A DNA stretch of 51,071 nucleotides from a virus. Taxonomy: Duplodnaviria > Caudoviricetes. A program made the position numbers and the translations under genes. The stretch spans positions 1 through 51,071 of IMG/VR virus record IMGVR_UViG_3300031260_000127. The stretch is one strand, 5' to 3'. The notes beneath the pieces are model-generated. The model did no database searches. It worked only from the letters and a program-made list of their open reading frames with translations, and had not been told where the DNA came from. Shown here piece after piece: positions 17,088-27,138 of the stretch; the stretch's first letter is position 1; each line of letters opens with the position of its first letter.

Positions 17088-17579
17088 TTAGGCGGCTGCT
17101 TTGCGAGATGGGGTAATGGCGCCACTCAGTTGGATGGTACAGGCAGACTTAACCACATCGTTCAGCGCGAAGGAGAACGGGAAGTTTTGCAGGTTGCCTT
17201 TGAATGCCAGCCATGTGCGGGTAGTTGGCAGTGTGACAGCGCTGGTACCACTATCGTACGTTGGCACAATGTCTTTTCCGTCACCCCACCCCAGATACCA
17301 TTGCAACTGAACACCAGCTTGTTTCAGCTCATACAACCGATAGTGGTTTTCAGTTTCAGCTTCATCAAAGTTGGTATTGACACCAAATGATGCCTGCCCA
17401 GGCGTTGCCAGACCGGATAGATATTCACGGTCATCACCTTCTAGTGGCGTAGTCTCGATTTGGTCATTGGGTGAGTCAATGCCATCGATACTGGTAGTGT
17501 TGGCAACTTTTAGAATGGCACTATTCTCTTCATCCAGAAAATAGAGTTGTGTGCCTTGTGTTTTTTTGGCTTTACCCAT
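17088..17579 (-). CDS. Major tail tube protein
   Basis: KTQGTQLYF, IETTPLEG..EYLSGLATPG, FPFSFALNDVV; synteny. Confidence 0.88.
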   Translation of the reverse strand: MGKAKKTQGTQLYFLDEENSAILKVANTTSIDGIDSPNDQIETTPLEGDDREYLSGLATPGQASFGVNTNFDEAETENHYRLYELKQAGVQLQWYLGWGDGKDIVPTYDSGTSAVTLPTTRTWLAFKGNLQNFPFSFALNDVVKSACTIQLSGAITPSRKAAA

Positions 17580-17602
17580 GGGTTTTACTCCTGTTAAGGC
17601 AA

Positions 17603-17627
17603 TAAAAAACCCCGGGCAAGCCGGGGT
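17603..17627 (-). terminator. Intrinsic terminator/attenuator upstream of the tail tube gene
   Basis: CCCCGG-CTTGC-CCGGGG followed by TTTTTT. Confidence 0.6.
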
Positions 17628-17650
17628 ATCTGGTTGTGTTAAATTGGCAA

Positions 17651-18019
17651 TTAGCCTGTGACTATCCAGCCAACATCGAAGCTGAAGTAAAAATCACTCG
17701 TTTGTGCATCACGGCCATCGCCGTTGTAATTCAGTACGTAAGCGTGTTCCTGTATTGCCTGCATGATGGCATTTGCACCCGCTATGACAGTGGTATCGCT
17801 TTCAGCATAGACGTTTACCTGTATTTGGTAGTCATCAAGGTTAGAGGCATCTGCCAGATAGTTTTCTGGATTACCGCTGATAACCTGCCAAGTAGCATAT
17901 GGCCGAGTAACGCCTTCATCTGCCTGCCCATAGGGATAGATCCGTGTTGGTAATTCACCAAAAATGGCTTTTACGCCATCATCACCAGCGCAGATGGTAA
18001 AAAACGGTGCTTGGTTCAT
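17651..18019 (-). CDS. Tail terminator/completion protein (DUF3168-like)
   Basis: RIYPYGQA...PYATWQVISGNPENYL; synteny. Confidence 0.8.
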   Translation of the reverse strand: MNQAPFFTICAGDDGVKAIFGELPTRIYPYGQADEGVTRPYATWQVISGNPENYLADASNLDDYQIQVNVYAESDTTVIAGANAIMQAIQEHAYVLNYNGDGRDAQTSDFYFSFDVGWIVTG

Positions 18020-18483
18020 AGTGAAAGCTTATTCAGTGACGATTGCAGCTCAACGACGATTGCGTTTAATGCCGGATTGATATTGTTGGCCAGTGCTGGC
18101 CGCATAAACGGGTGTGATCTGGCATGTTGGGTACCAAACTCCACCAGATGCCAATGCGGGGTATTGCCGTGAGGCCCAGTATCTGCGTTTGGCCTAGGAA
18201 TGCGACCACGTTCTGTGGCAACCCCAATCCTGTACATGACTACATCGCCATTAGTACGCCGGAAGACTCGGCTGGCGTACTGGTAGCTGATGTTATCCGC
18301 AATTCTCCGCGCCGTAGATGGGTCATCCACCAGTAGCGCATTGTCATAAGCGGCCTTTTTCACCAGTTCTGCCGCCTTTTTTAAGGCGTTTCTGGTAGCT
18401 TTATGGGCAATTTCATCCGACACTGTCGCCATGCGCTTTTTGATATCTGCTAATCCCGTGATGGAGAAAGTCACTGAGCTCAT
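18016..18483 (-). CDS. HK97 gp10-family tail component
   Basis: HWHLVEFGTQHARSHPFMRPAL. Confidence 0.88.
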   Translation of the reverse strand: MSSVTFSITGLADIKKRMATVSDEIAHKATRNALKKAAELVKKAAYDNALLVDDPSTARRIADNISYQYASRVFRRTNGDVVMYRIGVATERGRIPRPNADTGPHGNTPHWHLVEFGTQHARSHPFMRPALANNINPALNAIVVELQSSLNKLSL

Positions 18484-18498
18484 AGCGGTATTACCTGA

Positions 18499-18672
18499 TT
18501 AGCTCTTATCTGCTACAGATGTAACAACTTCAACAACGCCAGTCGCGGCGAGTTTTTTAGCCCGGTCTTCATCCATCAAAAATGGCGAACTGTTGGGAGT
18601 GTGGGTTTTACCAATTTTCACGTCAGTGAATGGTTTTTTGCACTTAACAGTGACTTGTTTGATCGCTGCCAT
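18499..18672 (-). CDS. Small head-tail region protein (57 aa), absent from the ORF track
   Basis: AGGAG SD. MAAIKQVTVKCKKPFTDVKIGK...RAKKLAATGVVE. Fills the intergenic gap. Confidence 0.7.
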   Translation of the reverse strand: MAAIKQVTVKCKKPFTDVKIGKTHTPNSSPFLMDEDRAKKLAATGVVEVVTSVADKS

Positions 18673-18680
18673 GATGGCTC

Positions 18681-19004
18681 CTAAATATCCTGTGAGACTG
18701 GAATGGTTAAAGACTCTCGCCCGCTTTTTTCGTCAGGCAAAAATCCGTGAATTTTGTAAATAATTCCGCGCCAGAGAAGCCGATAAACACCTGGTTCAAT
18801 ATCACGATAACGGATGGTAAATTTTCCGCTGATTTGGCTTTTCGCTGCAGAGGCTGCAATAAAGTCGCGTACTGATAACGCTTGGTATTTTGCTAAGGTA
18901 GTGAATGCCAATTGCCATTCAACTTGCTCGGCACCAGAGCTGTTTTGCCCGGTCACTACCTTGCGCTTAACTTCAATTTTGTGACGGTATGCGCCTGCAC
19001 TCAT
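18681..19004 (-). CDS. Head closure / head-tail adaptor
   Basis: MSAGAYRHKI..., FTIRYR; synteny. Confidence 0.85.
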   Translation of the reverse strand: MSAGAYRHKIEVKRKVVTGQNSSGAEQVEWQLAFTTLAKYQALSVRDFIAASAAKSQISGKFTIRYRDIEPGVYRLLWRGIIYKIHGFLPDEKSGRESLTIPVSQDI

Positions 19005-19006
19005 AG

Positions 19007-19369
19007 TTACCCCAATGTATGGCTGCGGGAGTCAAATATCAGGGCTTCAAATGCCTGCGGGATTTCGTGCTGAGTATCGCGGCCAACGGCTTCACGGTTG
19101 CTAAACCAATGTCCAACCAGCAATAGCGCAGCTAATACCAGATCTGGTTCATCTGATACTAAAAACGGATTGGCTGGTTGTAGATCCATTGCAGCCAACG
19201 CGGCAGCATCCGCCACAAAGGTGGCTAGATTGCCATCATCATCCCGTAACCGTTTAGCAAGATGCCGTTCTGCCGCAGCTGATAGCTGGTTCAGATAGGT
19301 ATCAAATTCCGTTTCATCCGGCAGCAGATTCACCTGCTGCCGCACCTGTTCGATAGTCAGCAATGACAT
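19007..19369 (-). CDS. Head-tail connector (HK97 gp6-like)
   Basis: AALLLVGHWFSNREAV motif. Confidence 0.88.
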   Translation of the reverse strand: MSLLTIEQVRQQVNLLPDETEFDTYLNQLSAAAERHLAKRLRDDDGNLATFVADAAALAAMDLQPANPFLVSDEPDLVLAALLLVGHWFSNREAVGRDTQHEIPQAFEALIFDSRSHTLG

Positions 19370-19374
19370 AAGGA

Positions 19375-19551
19375 TTACTTAGTCTCGTCTGCCGCTTTTT
19401 TGGCGGTGGCGGGGTCAATCGCCACTTTCAGTTTGTCTTTCAGTTTAGTGGCCTGTTCTTCAGGAAACCCTGCAACATCCCCTTTGCTGTAACGGCCATA
19501 AGGTTTGGTGAATTGAACGGATACCAGTTTTTCGGTGGTTTTGCCTGCCAT
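19375..19551 (-). CDS. Small capsid-adjacent protein (58 aa), absent from the ORF track
   Basis: GAGG SD. MAGKTTEKLVSVQFTKPYGRYSKGDVAGFPEEQA.... Fills the gap after the capsid gene. Confidence 0.7.
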   Translation of the reverse strand: MAGKTTEKLVSVQFTKPYGRYSKGDVAGFPEEQATKLKDKLKVAIDPATAKKAADETK

Positions 19552-19583
19552 GATGCAGCCCTCTTATGAATTACGTGAAATAC

Positions 19584-19609
19584 AAAAGCCGGGATAACCC
19601 CGGCTTTTT
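19584..19609. terminator. Terminator hairpin after the major capsid gene
   Basis: AAAAGCCGGG-ATAAC-CCCGGCTTTT. Confidence 0.7.
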
Positions 19610-19622
19610 ATTGTCTGGTCGA

Positions 19623-20894
19623 TTACCAGGTAACGGCGGTACCCAGCACCAGACCTTCAGGATGGCGGAAGCCAACATCGTGCTCGGTGACCACGCGGAT
19701 CAGTGACTGGTCGCGTGAGAATGCGCTCACAAGATTACCTTCACCATCTTTGTAGGTAGCTTCAGTAGAAAAGTCGATACGGTAAATGCCATCTTCACCG
19801 ATCACCATGTCGTTGAAATCAGCGAAGTAGATTTCTGACTCGTTTGAACCCGCACCAAGGTTCACTGGAATGGCATTGGTATTCTGGATTGGATATCCCT
19901 TTAACATACCAGTAGCCATTTCTGGATAGACCTTATTGCCATTACCATCGCGCAAGCCAAACAGTTTCATCCAGCTACGGGGCGACATTCCCCACCCACA
20001 GTGGATCATCATGGAGTTGGATGACATCAGCGCTAACATTAGGCTATCAAGGTAAGCATCGATGGTTGCTAAATCGGCAGTGCCAGCCCAAGGAACTGTG
20101 CGATTGGCCGCGGTGGCTGTTGCTTTAAAGCCTATTGGTGTGTTGTTGGTACCATCATCACGCAGGAAGGCTTTGTCTTCACGTACCGCTACGGCATTAA
20201 TACAGTCTGCCAGCACTAACTGCTCAACATTAAACCCTGCGCGACCAATCAGTTGATTACTGATAGGTACCAGTGCAATGAGCTTTTTAGCTGACAATTT
20301 CACATCATCAAATGTGCCTTCAGAAGTCACAGCGTCTGCACCTTCACCGGTATAGCTGGCAGTGGCACCACCACTCATACGTGGCATGCTCATGTTACCA
20401 TTTGGCAATGGTACTGAACGGGCACCCAAGCGGCGCACAATAGTACGATCGCGCAGCAGTTCAATGACTTCATTAGCGGTATTTTGTGGGATCAATGCCC
20501 CACCACTGCCAGCGCTGGTTTCGATGGCCATAGCAACTTCGCTATCGCCAAGCTTGTCACTGGCAAATGCCGCAGCCTTATCCAAGTCACCTTTTGCCGC
20601 AGCAATTGACATTGCAGTACGGGCAAAGGCTGCACCTTTATACTGCTGCGCTTCTTTTTTGGTGTGAACAGCCGCCGCGCCGATTTTCTCAATCGGTTTT
20701 GCGTGCTGGGCATTCATCCGTTCTGCGGCTTCCAAGCGGCCAATTTGTGATGATAGCTTTTCGAAATCACCAGACAGCGTGTTGAATTCGGTCAGCTGCT
20801 CTGCTGAAAGACCTGTTTCAGCGTCAATTTGTGCCAGCGCCTGGATCTGAGCGTTAATCTCGGCGCGTTTGCGGCGTAGTTCTTCGATAGTCAT
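19623..20894 (-). CDS. Major capsid protein (HK97 fold)
   Basis: Coiled-coil delta domain, SGGALIP, VKLSAKKLIALVPISNQL. Confidence 0.95.
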   Translation of the reverse strand: MTIEELRRKRAEINAQIQALAQIDAETGLSAEQLTEFNTLSGDFEKLSSQIGRLEAAERMNAQHAKPIEKIGAAAVHTKKEAQQYKGAAFARTAMSIAAAKGDLDKAAAFASDKLGDSEVAMAIETSAGSGGALIPQNTANEVIELLRDRTIVRRLGARSVPLPNGNMSMPRMSGGATASYTGEGADAVTSEGTFDDVKLSAKKLIALVPISNQLIGRAGFNVEQLVLADCINAVAVREDKAFLRDDGTNNTPIGFKATATAANRTVPWAGTADLATIDAYLDSLMLALMSSNSMMIHCGWGMSPRSWMKLFGLRDGNGNKVYPEMATGMLKGYPIQNTNAIPVNLGAGSNESEIYFADFNDMVIGEDGIYRIDFSTEATYKDGEGNLVSAFSRDQSLIRVVTEHDVGFRHPEGLVLGTAVTW

Positions 20895-20967
20895 ATCGAC
20901 TTCTCCAATTTTAGAAACAAAAAAAGCACCCTATTGGGTGCTTGTGGTGGTTAACTCCGCCGCGTGG

Positions 20968-21957
20968 CTAGAGTTTGGTTGCAATATCCATCGCTTTGGC
21001 ACGAGTGCTTAAGCGGTTGGATGATTGGCGCGGTGACGCCGGTTGCAAATAAGGTTTGGCGATGCTGCTGATCGCGGAAGTTGGGTCCATCATTTCATCA
21101 GCGAACCCTAAAGAAATGGCCTCTTGTGCATTCAACAGACCGGCTTGGGTATCAATTACACGTTGCTTATCGATACCGCGGTACTCTGCCACGGAATTGA
21201 CAAATAACTCGTAGGCATCATCCAGACGTTTGTTTAGTACAACTAATGTCTGGTCAGTGATTGGCTCATGTGGTGAACCATCGTTTTTATGGTCACCGCG
21301 ATAAAGTGTGGTGAACTTGATGCCGATTTCTTCTTCCCACTTGCTGACTTCCATGTGCTCGATAATCACCCCAATAGAGCCAACACCTGAGGTTTGCGAC
21401 ACAATGATTTTGCTGCACGCAGCTGCCAGAAAGTAACAGGCAGAATATGCCGAGAAATTGATAATGGCCGTAATGGGTTTGGTAGCTTTGGCTTGATTGA
21501 TGAAATCGGCTAACTCTTTACAGCCAATAGCCATGCCACCACCGGAATTCATATCTAGTACAATTTCTTGCACCATGTCGTAGTCAAGCGCCCGCTGGAT
21601 GTTATTGCGGATGCGTTCGTAACTGTTGATCTCGGTGCAGTTTGCGTCGATATTGCCACGGCGAGACATCAAAAGACCATGCACTGGAATTATGGCAATG
21701 TTGTCTTTAGCAATGGTGTACATACCATCGCTATTACAAGGAGCGGCTGGCTTTGATGGAGCCCAATCATCATCTTCCATCGCCAATACTTCACCTGGCT
21801 GATGCAGTTGAATGATATCGACAGGTGTAATTGCACCAATCCCTTGCATACGTGGGATAAGTACCGATTTCACGGCATCTACAGCAATTCTGGTTGCATA
21901 AAGCGGCGTACTGAACACCATGCTGGCAAGATGTGGGTAGTTAATCTGTTTGGCCAT
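20968..21957 (-). CDS. Prohead protease, S49 (SppA-like) family
   Basis: LDMNSGGG, AYSACYFLA, GVGSIGV. Confidence 0.9.
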   Translation of the reverse strand: MAKQINYPHLASMVFSTPLYATRIAVDAVKSVLIPRMQGIGAITPVDIIQLHQPGEVLAMEDDDWAPSKPAAPCNSDGMYTIAKDNIAIIPVHGLLMSRRGNIDANCTEINSYERIRNNIQRALDYDMVQEIVLDMNSGGGMAIGCKELADFINQAKATKPITAIINFSAYSACYFLAAACSKIIVSQTSGVGSIGVIIEHMEVSKWEEEIGIKFTTLYRGDHKNDGSPHEPITDQTLVVLNKRLDDAYELFVNSVAEYRGIDKQRVIDTQAGLLNAQEAISLGFADEMMDPTSAISSIAKPYLQPASPRQSSNRLSTRAKAMDIATKL

Positions 21958-21958
21958 G

Positions 21959-23218
21959 TTACATCCTTAATATCTGTTCAATTTGGTTAAGCTGCTCAGG
22001 TGTTGCCTCCATGGATTGCTGTAATTGCTTGGAGTCCACCATGTTCAGTGGTGTGAGATAGCGATTACCACCGGGGATTGGCGGCATATTTTCCAGACGA
22101 CGGATATCATTGACGGATAACCAGCCCCACTGACGGCCAATGGCATAGGATTCGTAACGGGATTTTTGGTCACCACGGAGCAACCCTTGTACGTTGAATT
22201 CGATGTAGTATTTACCGCGTTCTGATGGCAGCAGTAGATCGCGTGTTTGTGCTGCCTCAATGCGTTTTAACCAGGGTAATAGTGTGTATATCACGAACCC
22301 AAGCGACATGGATTCGATGCCAGAGCCCCAAGAAGTGGTTTTGTCATTCAGTTGCACCATGTGCAGTGGAATTTTATAAAGGCGGCAAATTTCTTCTACG
22401 CTGAAACGGCGAGACTCAAGCAACTGGGCCTTTTCGTTATCCATAGATAACTGTCTGTAGGTCATGCCCTCTTGCAGCAGTGCTACAGAAAACGCATTAC
22501 GCAGCCCTGAATGACGTTCTTTCCATTTGTTGAGTAACTCATCGACTTTTGCCTGTGACTCAATAGATCCAGATTCCTTTGGCCGTTCAATCACGCCACT
22601 CATGGTAGTGCCATTGGCAAACACGCCGGAGGCATGTTCTTCTGTTGCTAATGCCAACCCTAATGTGTCCACGTTGGTTTGAATGGGTGACACACCAACA
22701 AAGCCATCAAAACTAAACGCCTTGATGTGGTGCATCATCCGCATTGGCAACGTTTCATTGACTTCTGTCAAATGGTAATACGGCAGACCATCCGGGCCTT
22801 TCAGCACCATGACCTTATCTGGATGGATGGGGATCAGCTCTTTGATATTGGCGTCAGCATCACGTTCTATCAGTGCAAAGTGGTTACCGCGGATCCCAAG
22901 GCAGCCCATACCCTGCTCGTAATATTCAAAGCTGGTATCTTTCTGGTTTGGCTGGTTATGGATCAGGTCATAAAGCGGGTGATCGGTTGCGCGTACCCGT
23001 CCTTCTCCTTCCCGGCGATAAAGCTCGCAAGGCAGTTGTGCTACTGACTCGGCCAATAACGTTACACAGGCACGAACGGCACCAAATGCCATGGCTTTTT
23101 CTGGAGTGATAAATACGCCAGCTTTTGAACTACCACCAGTGATTGAACTTATCCACCGAGACCAGTCTTGCCCAGTACCGTTAGGACTGGTAGTGCGGAA
23201 CATTTGTGGAATAAACAT
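21959..23218 (-). CDS. Portal protein, HK97 family
   Basis: AVRACVTLLAESVAQLP, EICRLYKIP, LLRGDQKSRYESY. Confidence 0.95.
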   Translation of the reverse strand: MFIPQMFRTTSPNGTGQDWSRWISSITGGSSKAGVFITPEKAMAFGAVRACVTLLAESVAQLPCELYRREGEGRVRATDHPLYDLIHNQPNQKDTSFEYYEQGMGCLGIRGNHFALIERDADANIKELIPIHPDKVMVLKGPDGLPYYHLTEVNETLPMRMMHHIKAFSFDGFVGVSPIQTNVDTLGLALATEEHASGVFANGTTMSGVIERPKESGSIESQAKVDELLNKWKERHSGLRNAFSVALLQEGMTYRQLSMDNEKAQLLESRRFSVEEICRLYKIPLHMVQLNDKTTSWGSGIESMSLGFVIYTLLPWLKRIEAAQTRDLLLPSERGKYYIEFNVQGLLRGDQKSRYESYAIGRQWGWLSVNDIRRLENMPPIPGGNRYLTPLNMVDSKQLQQSMEATPEQLNQIEQILRM

Positions 23219-23388
23219 CAATCACCCGTTGGTTTAGGAATAGACATGGCTTTTGCCATCAGAAATGACCACACCAGGCACAAAACACCACCGGTAATGA
23301 ACCCCAGCGCTGGCAGCAGTAACCAGGCACCATATGCCAGCAATAACGCGCCGATAATGCCGACAATAAAGCAGATTGCATTCAACAT
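23218..23388 (-). CDS. Small two-TM protein between terminase and portal (56 aa), absent from the ORF track
   Basis: [34 protein letters not shown].... Overlaps the terL stop and the portal start (TGATG). Confidence 0.7.
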   Translation of the reverse strand: MLNAICFIVGIIGALLLAYGAWLLLPALGFITGGVLCLVWSFLMAKAMSIPKPTGD

Positions 23389-25109
23389 AAAACGTCCGAG
23401 GTATCATAAATGGATTGTTGGTTATGGCCTTCGGCACCTTCTGCCGTACCAATTGCCATTGCAGCCGCCACTACGCCATCAATGCGGCCAGTGGCTTTTT
23501 TCTTATTGAAGATCCGGTTGTCTTTTGGATCTGCTTCCAGCACTGCGCTGGCCGCATTCCAACGCAACACTGGATTTGTTCTAATTTCTAAATCGCCTGA
23601 CTCGATAAGTTCTTCAAACAGCTCGATAGAGTGCGGCATCCAGAGGTTTGACTCACCCGCTTTGTAGTAACCTTGTCCGTGAGGCACCAACTCAAGTTCT
23701 ACCCCTTCGTTTTGCAGTTCATCCAGCAGATATGGGATGCGATAGCGGTCAAAACCAATACGCCGAATATCGAACATGAGTGCCAATTCAGCCAAGCGAC
23801 TGGCAACAAAGTTGTATTTAATTGCGGTACCAGGCGTTGCGGTAATAAAGCCGTCTTTTACCCACTGGCGGTATGGCACGTTGTCGGTTTTTTCCCGGTC
23901 GCCAAGCGTGTCGGCTGGCGTCCAAAATTCTGCCAGCAAGCGTTTTAACTGCGGGAAGTACAGCACTAATGCGGTAAGGTCTCGAGTACCAGATAGGTCA
24001 AGCCCGCCGTAGCACTCTTCGCCGATCAATTCTTCTAGGTCAAAGTCAGCTTCGCAGTTAAGCCAGGTATCTGCCGATAGCCAAGGCGAACCAGATTCTA
24101 CCCATTGGCAGAAATTTAACCTGCGGACAATGGCCTCTTTTGATGGCATCCCCTTGGCCTGCGTGACTTGCTCTTCAAGATACTGTTCTGTGAAGGTATG
24201 CCCTAGCGATGGGTTTGCTTTGGGCCAACAGCTTTTATCCTTTAACGGATCATCACCTTCATCCAGAGAACAGATAAAGGCGAAGAATGCGTCATCTTCT
24301 TTGGTACCAGCACAGATAGCTTTTCCGTATTCATGATATTGATAGCAAACGCTGGTGCGATCATGCCCGGAGTTGGTGATCATGAATATCAGTGCTTGGC
24401 GCCGGCCTTTGGTACCAGCGCGCATCATTTCCACTGTGGTGTTGTTCTTGTGTTCGTGGATTTCGTCAATGAGCGCGATGTGCGGCCGCGGGCCTGACTG
24501 GGCATTATCTGAACTGATAGGCCTGAAAAAAGATCCTTTCTGTTCATAAGCCAAATTCCAGGTACGTAATCCAGTACCTGATTTTGTGAGCCTAGCATCA
24601 AGTTCTGGTGACTGATCCACCATGGCTACGGCATCACGGAACAGGATCATTGCCTGGTCTTTTTTGGTAGCGGCTGAGTAAATCTCTGCCCTTGGCTCGT
24701 TATCAGCAACTAGGCCATAAAGCCCAATCCCGGCGGATAAAGGTGATTTACCAGAACCTTTGCCACTTTCAACGTAGGCCATGCGAAAACGGCGGTAGCC
24801 ATTTTTACCTTTCCAACCAAATAGGCAACCAACAATGAAGGCTTGCCAATCCAACAGTTCAAAGGGTTTACCTTCAAATTCGCCGCCATTGAGCTTGAGC
24901 ACTAGCGGGAAGAAATTGATAGCACGGTTGGCGGCGGTTAAATCCCATGACAGACCACGTTTATACCCATGTTCAAGATCGGCCAGATGGCGCTTACAGG
25001 CGTTGCGAATATCTGGCCCTGCCAAGATAGCGCCTGAGACAACCGCCTTGGCGTAGTCTGTTGCCCTATCCGAAGTAGCTGTCGATTGGATTTTCTTTTT
25101 TCTTGCCAT
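23382..25109 (-). CDS. terL: Terminase large subunit
   Basis: Walker A GKGSGKS, Walker B LIDEIHEH, nuclease GGLDLS and GRIDGVVA. Confidence 0.96.
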   Translation of the reverse strand: MARKKKIQSTATSDRATDYAKAVVSGAILAGPDIRNACKRHLADLEHGYKRGLSWDLTAANRAINFFPLVLKLNGGEFEGKPFELLDWQAFIVGCLFGWKGKNGYRRFRMAYVESGKGSGKSPLSAGIGLYGLVADNEPRAEIYSAATKKDQAMILFRDAVAMVDQSPELDARLTKSGTGLRTWNLAYEQKGSFFRPISSDNAQSGPRPHIALIDEIHEHKNNTTVEMMRAGTKGRRQALIFMITNSGHDRTSVCYQYHEYGKAICAGTKEDDAFFAFICSLDEGDDPLKDKSCWPKANPSLGHTFTEQYLEEQVTQAKGMPSKEAIVRRLNFCQWVESGSPWLSADTWLNCEADFDLEELIGEECYGGLDLSGTRDLTALVLYFPQLKRLLAEFWTPADTLGDREKTDNVPYRQWVKDGFITATPGTAIKYNFVASRLAELALMFDIRRIGFDRYRIPYLLDELQNEGVELELVPHGQGYYKAGESNLWMPHSIELFEELIESGDLEIRTNPVLRWNAASAVLEADPKDNRIFNKKKATGRIDGVVAAAMAIGTAEGAEGHNQQSIYDTSDVLC

Positions 25110-25587
25110 CGCCGCTACTTATCTGAATTTTACTCCTTGCCGCTGGCGTTAGCCCAAACTCCACAAGATAGGCTTTGAAGCGCCGGTCAGCATCAGCCAG
25201 CATTGCCACGGCAGGATTGGGCTTGATTAGGTACTGTTCCATTGCTACCGGGCCAGATGTACCTTCATCGTGATTCGGTGTGGGTATATCATCCATTGGC
25301 CGCAGGCTTTCATAGGTTCTGCCGTTTTTTTTGATCTCTTTTTGCAGATCCAATATTTCGGCATAAACATCGCAAAGCCGTTCGAGGGCCAAGCCATCAG
25401 CGAGGGTTAATACCCCCATGTCGCCAAGGATCTTGCAGAGCTTTTTCCATGCGGCCTTACCTGCTGGTGTCAGGTGTGAAGGCATTCTTGGAATACCCGT
25501 TGGCGGCGCTGGTTCTTTGGTATTTAGTGGCCTGTTTCCTGGATTGCCGGTAACGAGTTTTAGTTGTGTCGGTTTTGGCCTTGCCAT
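25066..25587 (-). CDS. terS: Terminase small subunit (P27 family)
   Basis: PKPTQLKLVTGNPG, EFGLTPAARSKI. Confidence 0.92.
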   Translation of the reverse strand: MARPKPTQLKLVTGNPGNRPLNTKEPAPPTGIPRMPSHLTPAGKAAWKKLCKILGDMGVLTLADGLALERLCDVYAEILDLQKEIKKNGRTYESLRPMDDIPTPNHDEGTSGPVAMEQYLIKPNPAVAMLADADRRFKAYLVEFGLTPAARSKIQISSGDGKKKENPIDSYFG

Positions 25588-25590
25588 GCA

Positions 25591-25929
25591 CTACCCTCGA
25601 TACCATGGATGATTGGCATCGAGTGGCATTCCTGATTCATCGGCACCGGGTTTCAATCCAGTGTTTTCGATGCGCTTTTTATGGCTGTCATGATGAAATT
25701 TGCAAAGTGACTGCCAGTTGTTGGTGTCCCAGAATAGCTTTTGATCACCCTTGTGAGGGATTTTGTGGTCAACCACTGTGGCGGCAACAGACTTACCTTG
25801 TTCAAGGCAGAAAACGCAGAGCGGATGTTTTCTGAGAAATGTCGCTCTAGCTGTTCGCCAACGGCTGTTATAGCCGCGTTCTGATGCATTGCGCTTATCA
25901 TCACGCCAGCTTTTTGCCACTTCAGTCAT
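25591..25929 (-). CDS. Packaging-associated HNH endonuclease (HK97 gp74-like)
   Basis: LCVFC...VVDHKIPHKGD...NWQSLCKFHHDS, adjacent to terS. Confidence 0.9.
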   Translation of the reverse strand: MTEVAKSWRDDKRNASERGYNSRWRTARATFLRKHPLCVFCLEQGKSVAATVVDHKIPHKGDQKLFWDTNNWQSLCKFHHDSHKKRIENTGLKPGADESGMPLDANHPWYRG

Positions 25930-26113
25930 CTAGGAAACCCGAATTTTCTGGCGGTTCTGTCGCATTCTGTGCTGTCAGTTCTTCAACCATATCGGCCATG
26001 ACACCTGACATAGTGGCAATCGCAGAGGTGAGATTCTTTATTTGTTCACCTTGAGCGGCAATGCCTTTCTGCTGTTCTGAGATAGCTTGAATAAGTTCTT
26101 CAGTTTTGGTCAT
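25922..26113 (-). CDS. Hypothetical protein
   Basis: 63-aa ORF overlapping its neighbours in the operon. Confidence 0.6.
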   Translation of the reverse strand: MTKTEELIQAISEQQKGIAAQGEQIKNLTSAIATMSGVMADMVEELTAQNATEPPENSGFLDD

Positions 26114-26388
26114 AGTTCTTCCGGCCTAATGTTTGGGATATATCCATCTTTTAGCGCCGCTAACCTTGCAGCCTGGTATTCCTCATCCATTTTTATTGCG
26201 CGCCGATAACGCCTCATCTGGATAAGGCCAAGCAAAATAGTGAAGAAAATACCAATCAGGAGCGCAATGGTATTCAGTGACAGATATCCACCAATTGCGG
26301 TAGCGATTGACACGATATAACTCCACACTGTGGTTGCTGTTTTATCCATAATGACTTTCTTGAGTTGTTCCATAGATAAAGCCCTCAA
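26110..26388 (-). CDS. Putative holin
   Basis: Hydrophobic segments followed by a basic C-terminus (RRYRR); lies within the lysis cluster. Confidence 0.65.
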   Translation of the reverse strand: MRALSMEQLKKVIMDKTATTVWSYIVSIATAIGGYLSLNTIALLIGIFFTILLGLIQMRRYRRAIKMDEEYQAARLAALKDGYIPNIRPEEL

Positions 26389-26684
26389 TCATTGGGCTGG
26401 ATATTCGCTTTGTGCTCTTCCATCCACTGATGTAATGACGCCCAGTCCACATTGCAGCGTTGCAACTCGCGGATGAGTAACAGCGTATAATTCAGATGGT
26501 CAGAATTGGTACTTCCGGTGAACTCCGGGATCCGGCAACTGGAAACCAGTTGCTCCGGTGGGGTTACATATTGGGTCTTCCACATTGTTACTGTTTGCAC
26601 AATGGGAGGTTCGCTTGAGCAAGCCGGCAATATCAGCAGGCAAATGCTCAATAGCAAAAGCCTTAGTTTGTTCATCACCATCAT
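26385..26684 (-). CDS. o-spanin (Rz1-like lipoprotein)
   Basis: Lipobox LILPAC, Pro-rich, C-terminal RCNVD, overlapping the i-spanin gene. Confidence 0.8.
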   Translation of the reverse strand: MMVMNKLRLLLLSICLLILPACSSEPPIVQTVTMWKTQYVTPPEQLVSSCRIPEFTGSTNSDHLNYTLLLIRELQRCNVDWASLHQWMEEHKANIQPND

Positions 26685-27003
26685 GGATAACCTGCTCAAC
26701 CTGTTTATGATCTGCAATTGATTGCTGCACCAATTTAGCTCTTTCAGCATTCCTTTTATCGAGTAAATCAGCATTGAGTTGCGCTTCCTTGCGCCAGCGC
26801 TCCGATTCTTTTTGTGCCGTTTTCAGATCATCAGTAAGGGAATTAACATTTCCCTGTAAAAGTGCTTTTTGACCCCTTAATTGATCTAGTTTTTGATCGG
26901 CTTTATCTAGCTGAGATTGTAAGGAGCATGATTTCAGCGAAAGCAGCGCCACCACTATGATTGAGGCAATCATCAACCAGGTTAAAATGCGCTCTTTTAA
27001 CAC
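26500..27003 (-). CDS. i-spanin (Rz-like)
   Basis: N-terminal TM helix plus coiled coil; overlaps the o-spanin. Confidence 0.8.
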   Translation of the reverse strand: MLKERILTWLMIASIIVVALLSLKSCSLQSQLDKADQKLDQLRGQKALLQGNVNSLTDDLKTAQKESERWRKEAQLNADLLDKRNAERAKLVQQSIADHKQVEQVIHDGDEQTKAFAIEHLPADIAGLLKRTSHCANSNNVEDPICNPTGATGFQLPDPGVHRKYQF

Positions 27004-27009
27004 TCAAAA

Positions 27010-27112
27010 AATCCCCAAAAAAAAGTTTTCGATCTGCGGTTGTGCGTAAAAATGGCCGCGCACGGTCGATAAGGTTGAAACCCGTAGAGTTTTAGATACC
27101 CCCTACCGGTTA
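27010..27112 (-). other. cos-region-like sequence
   Basis: Minus strand GGTAGGGGGTATCTAAACTCT...GACCGTGCGCGGCC-ATTTTTACGCACAACCGCAGATCGAAAA resembles the layout recalled for cos regions of HK97-type 3'-cos phages. Confidence 0.5.
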
Positions 27113-27138
27113 AATTTAAATGTATTTATATCAGTAAT

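Noticed and set aside
9001-17627. Identical 18-mer GGCAATAAAAAACCCCGG near 9002 and 17598 as recombination sites
   Set aside because: Both are the stem and U-tract of similar intrinsic terminators, and a similar tail occurs near 37944-37959. No other sign of a mobile boundary.
23234-23452. 72-aa ORF between terL and portal in the ORF track
   Set aside because: An alternative frame (23218-23388) gives a coupled two-TM protein that fits the operon better.
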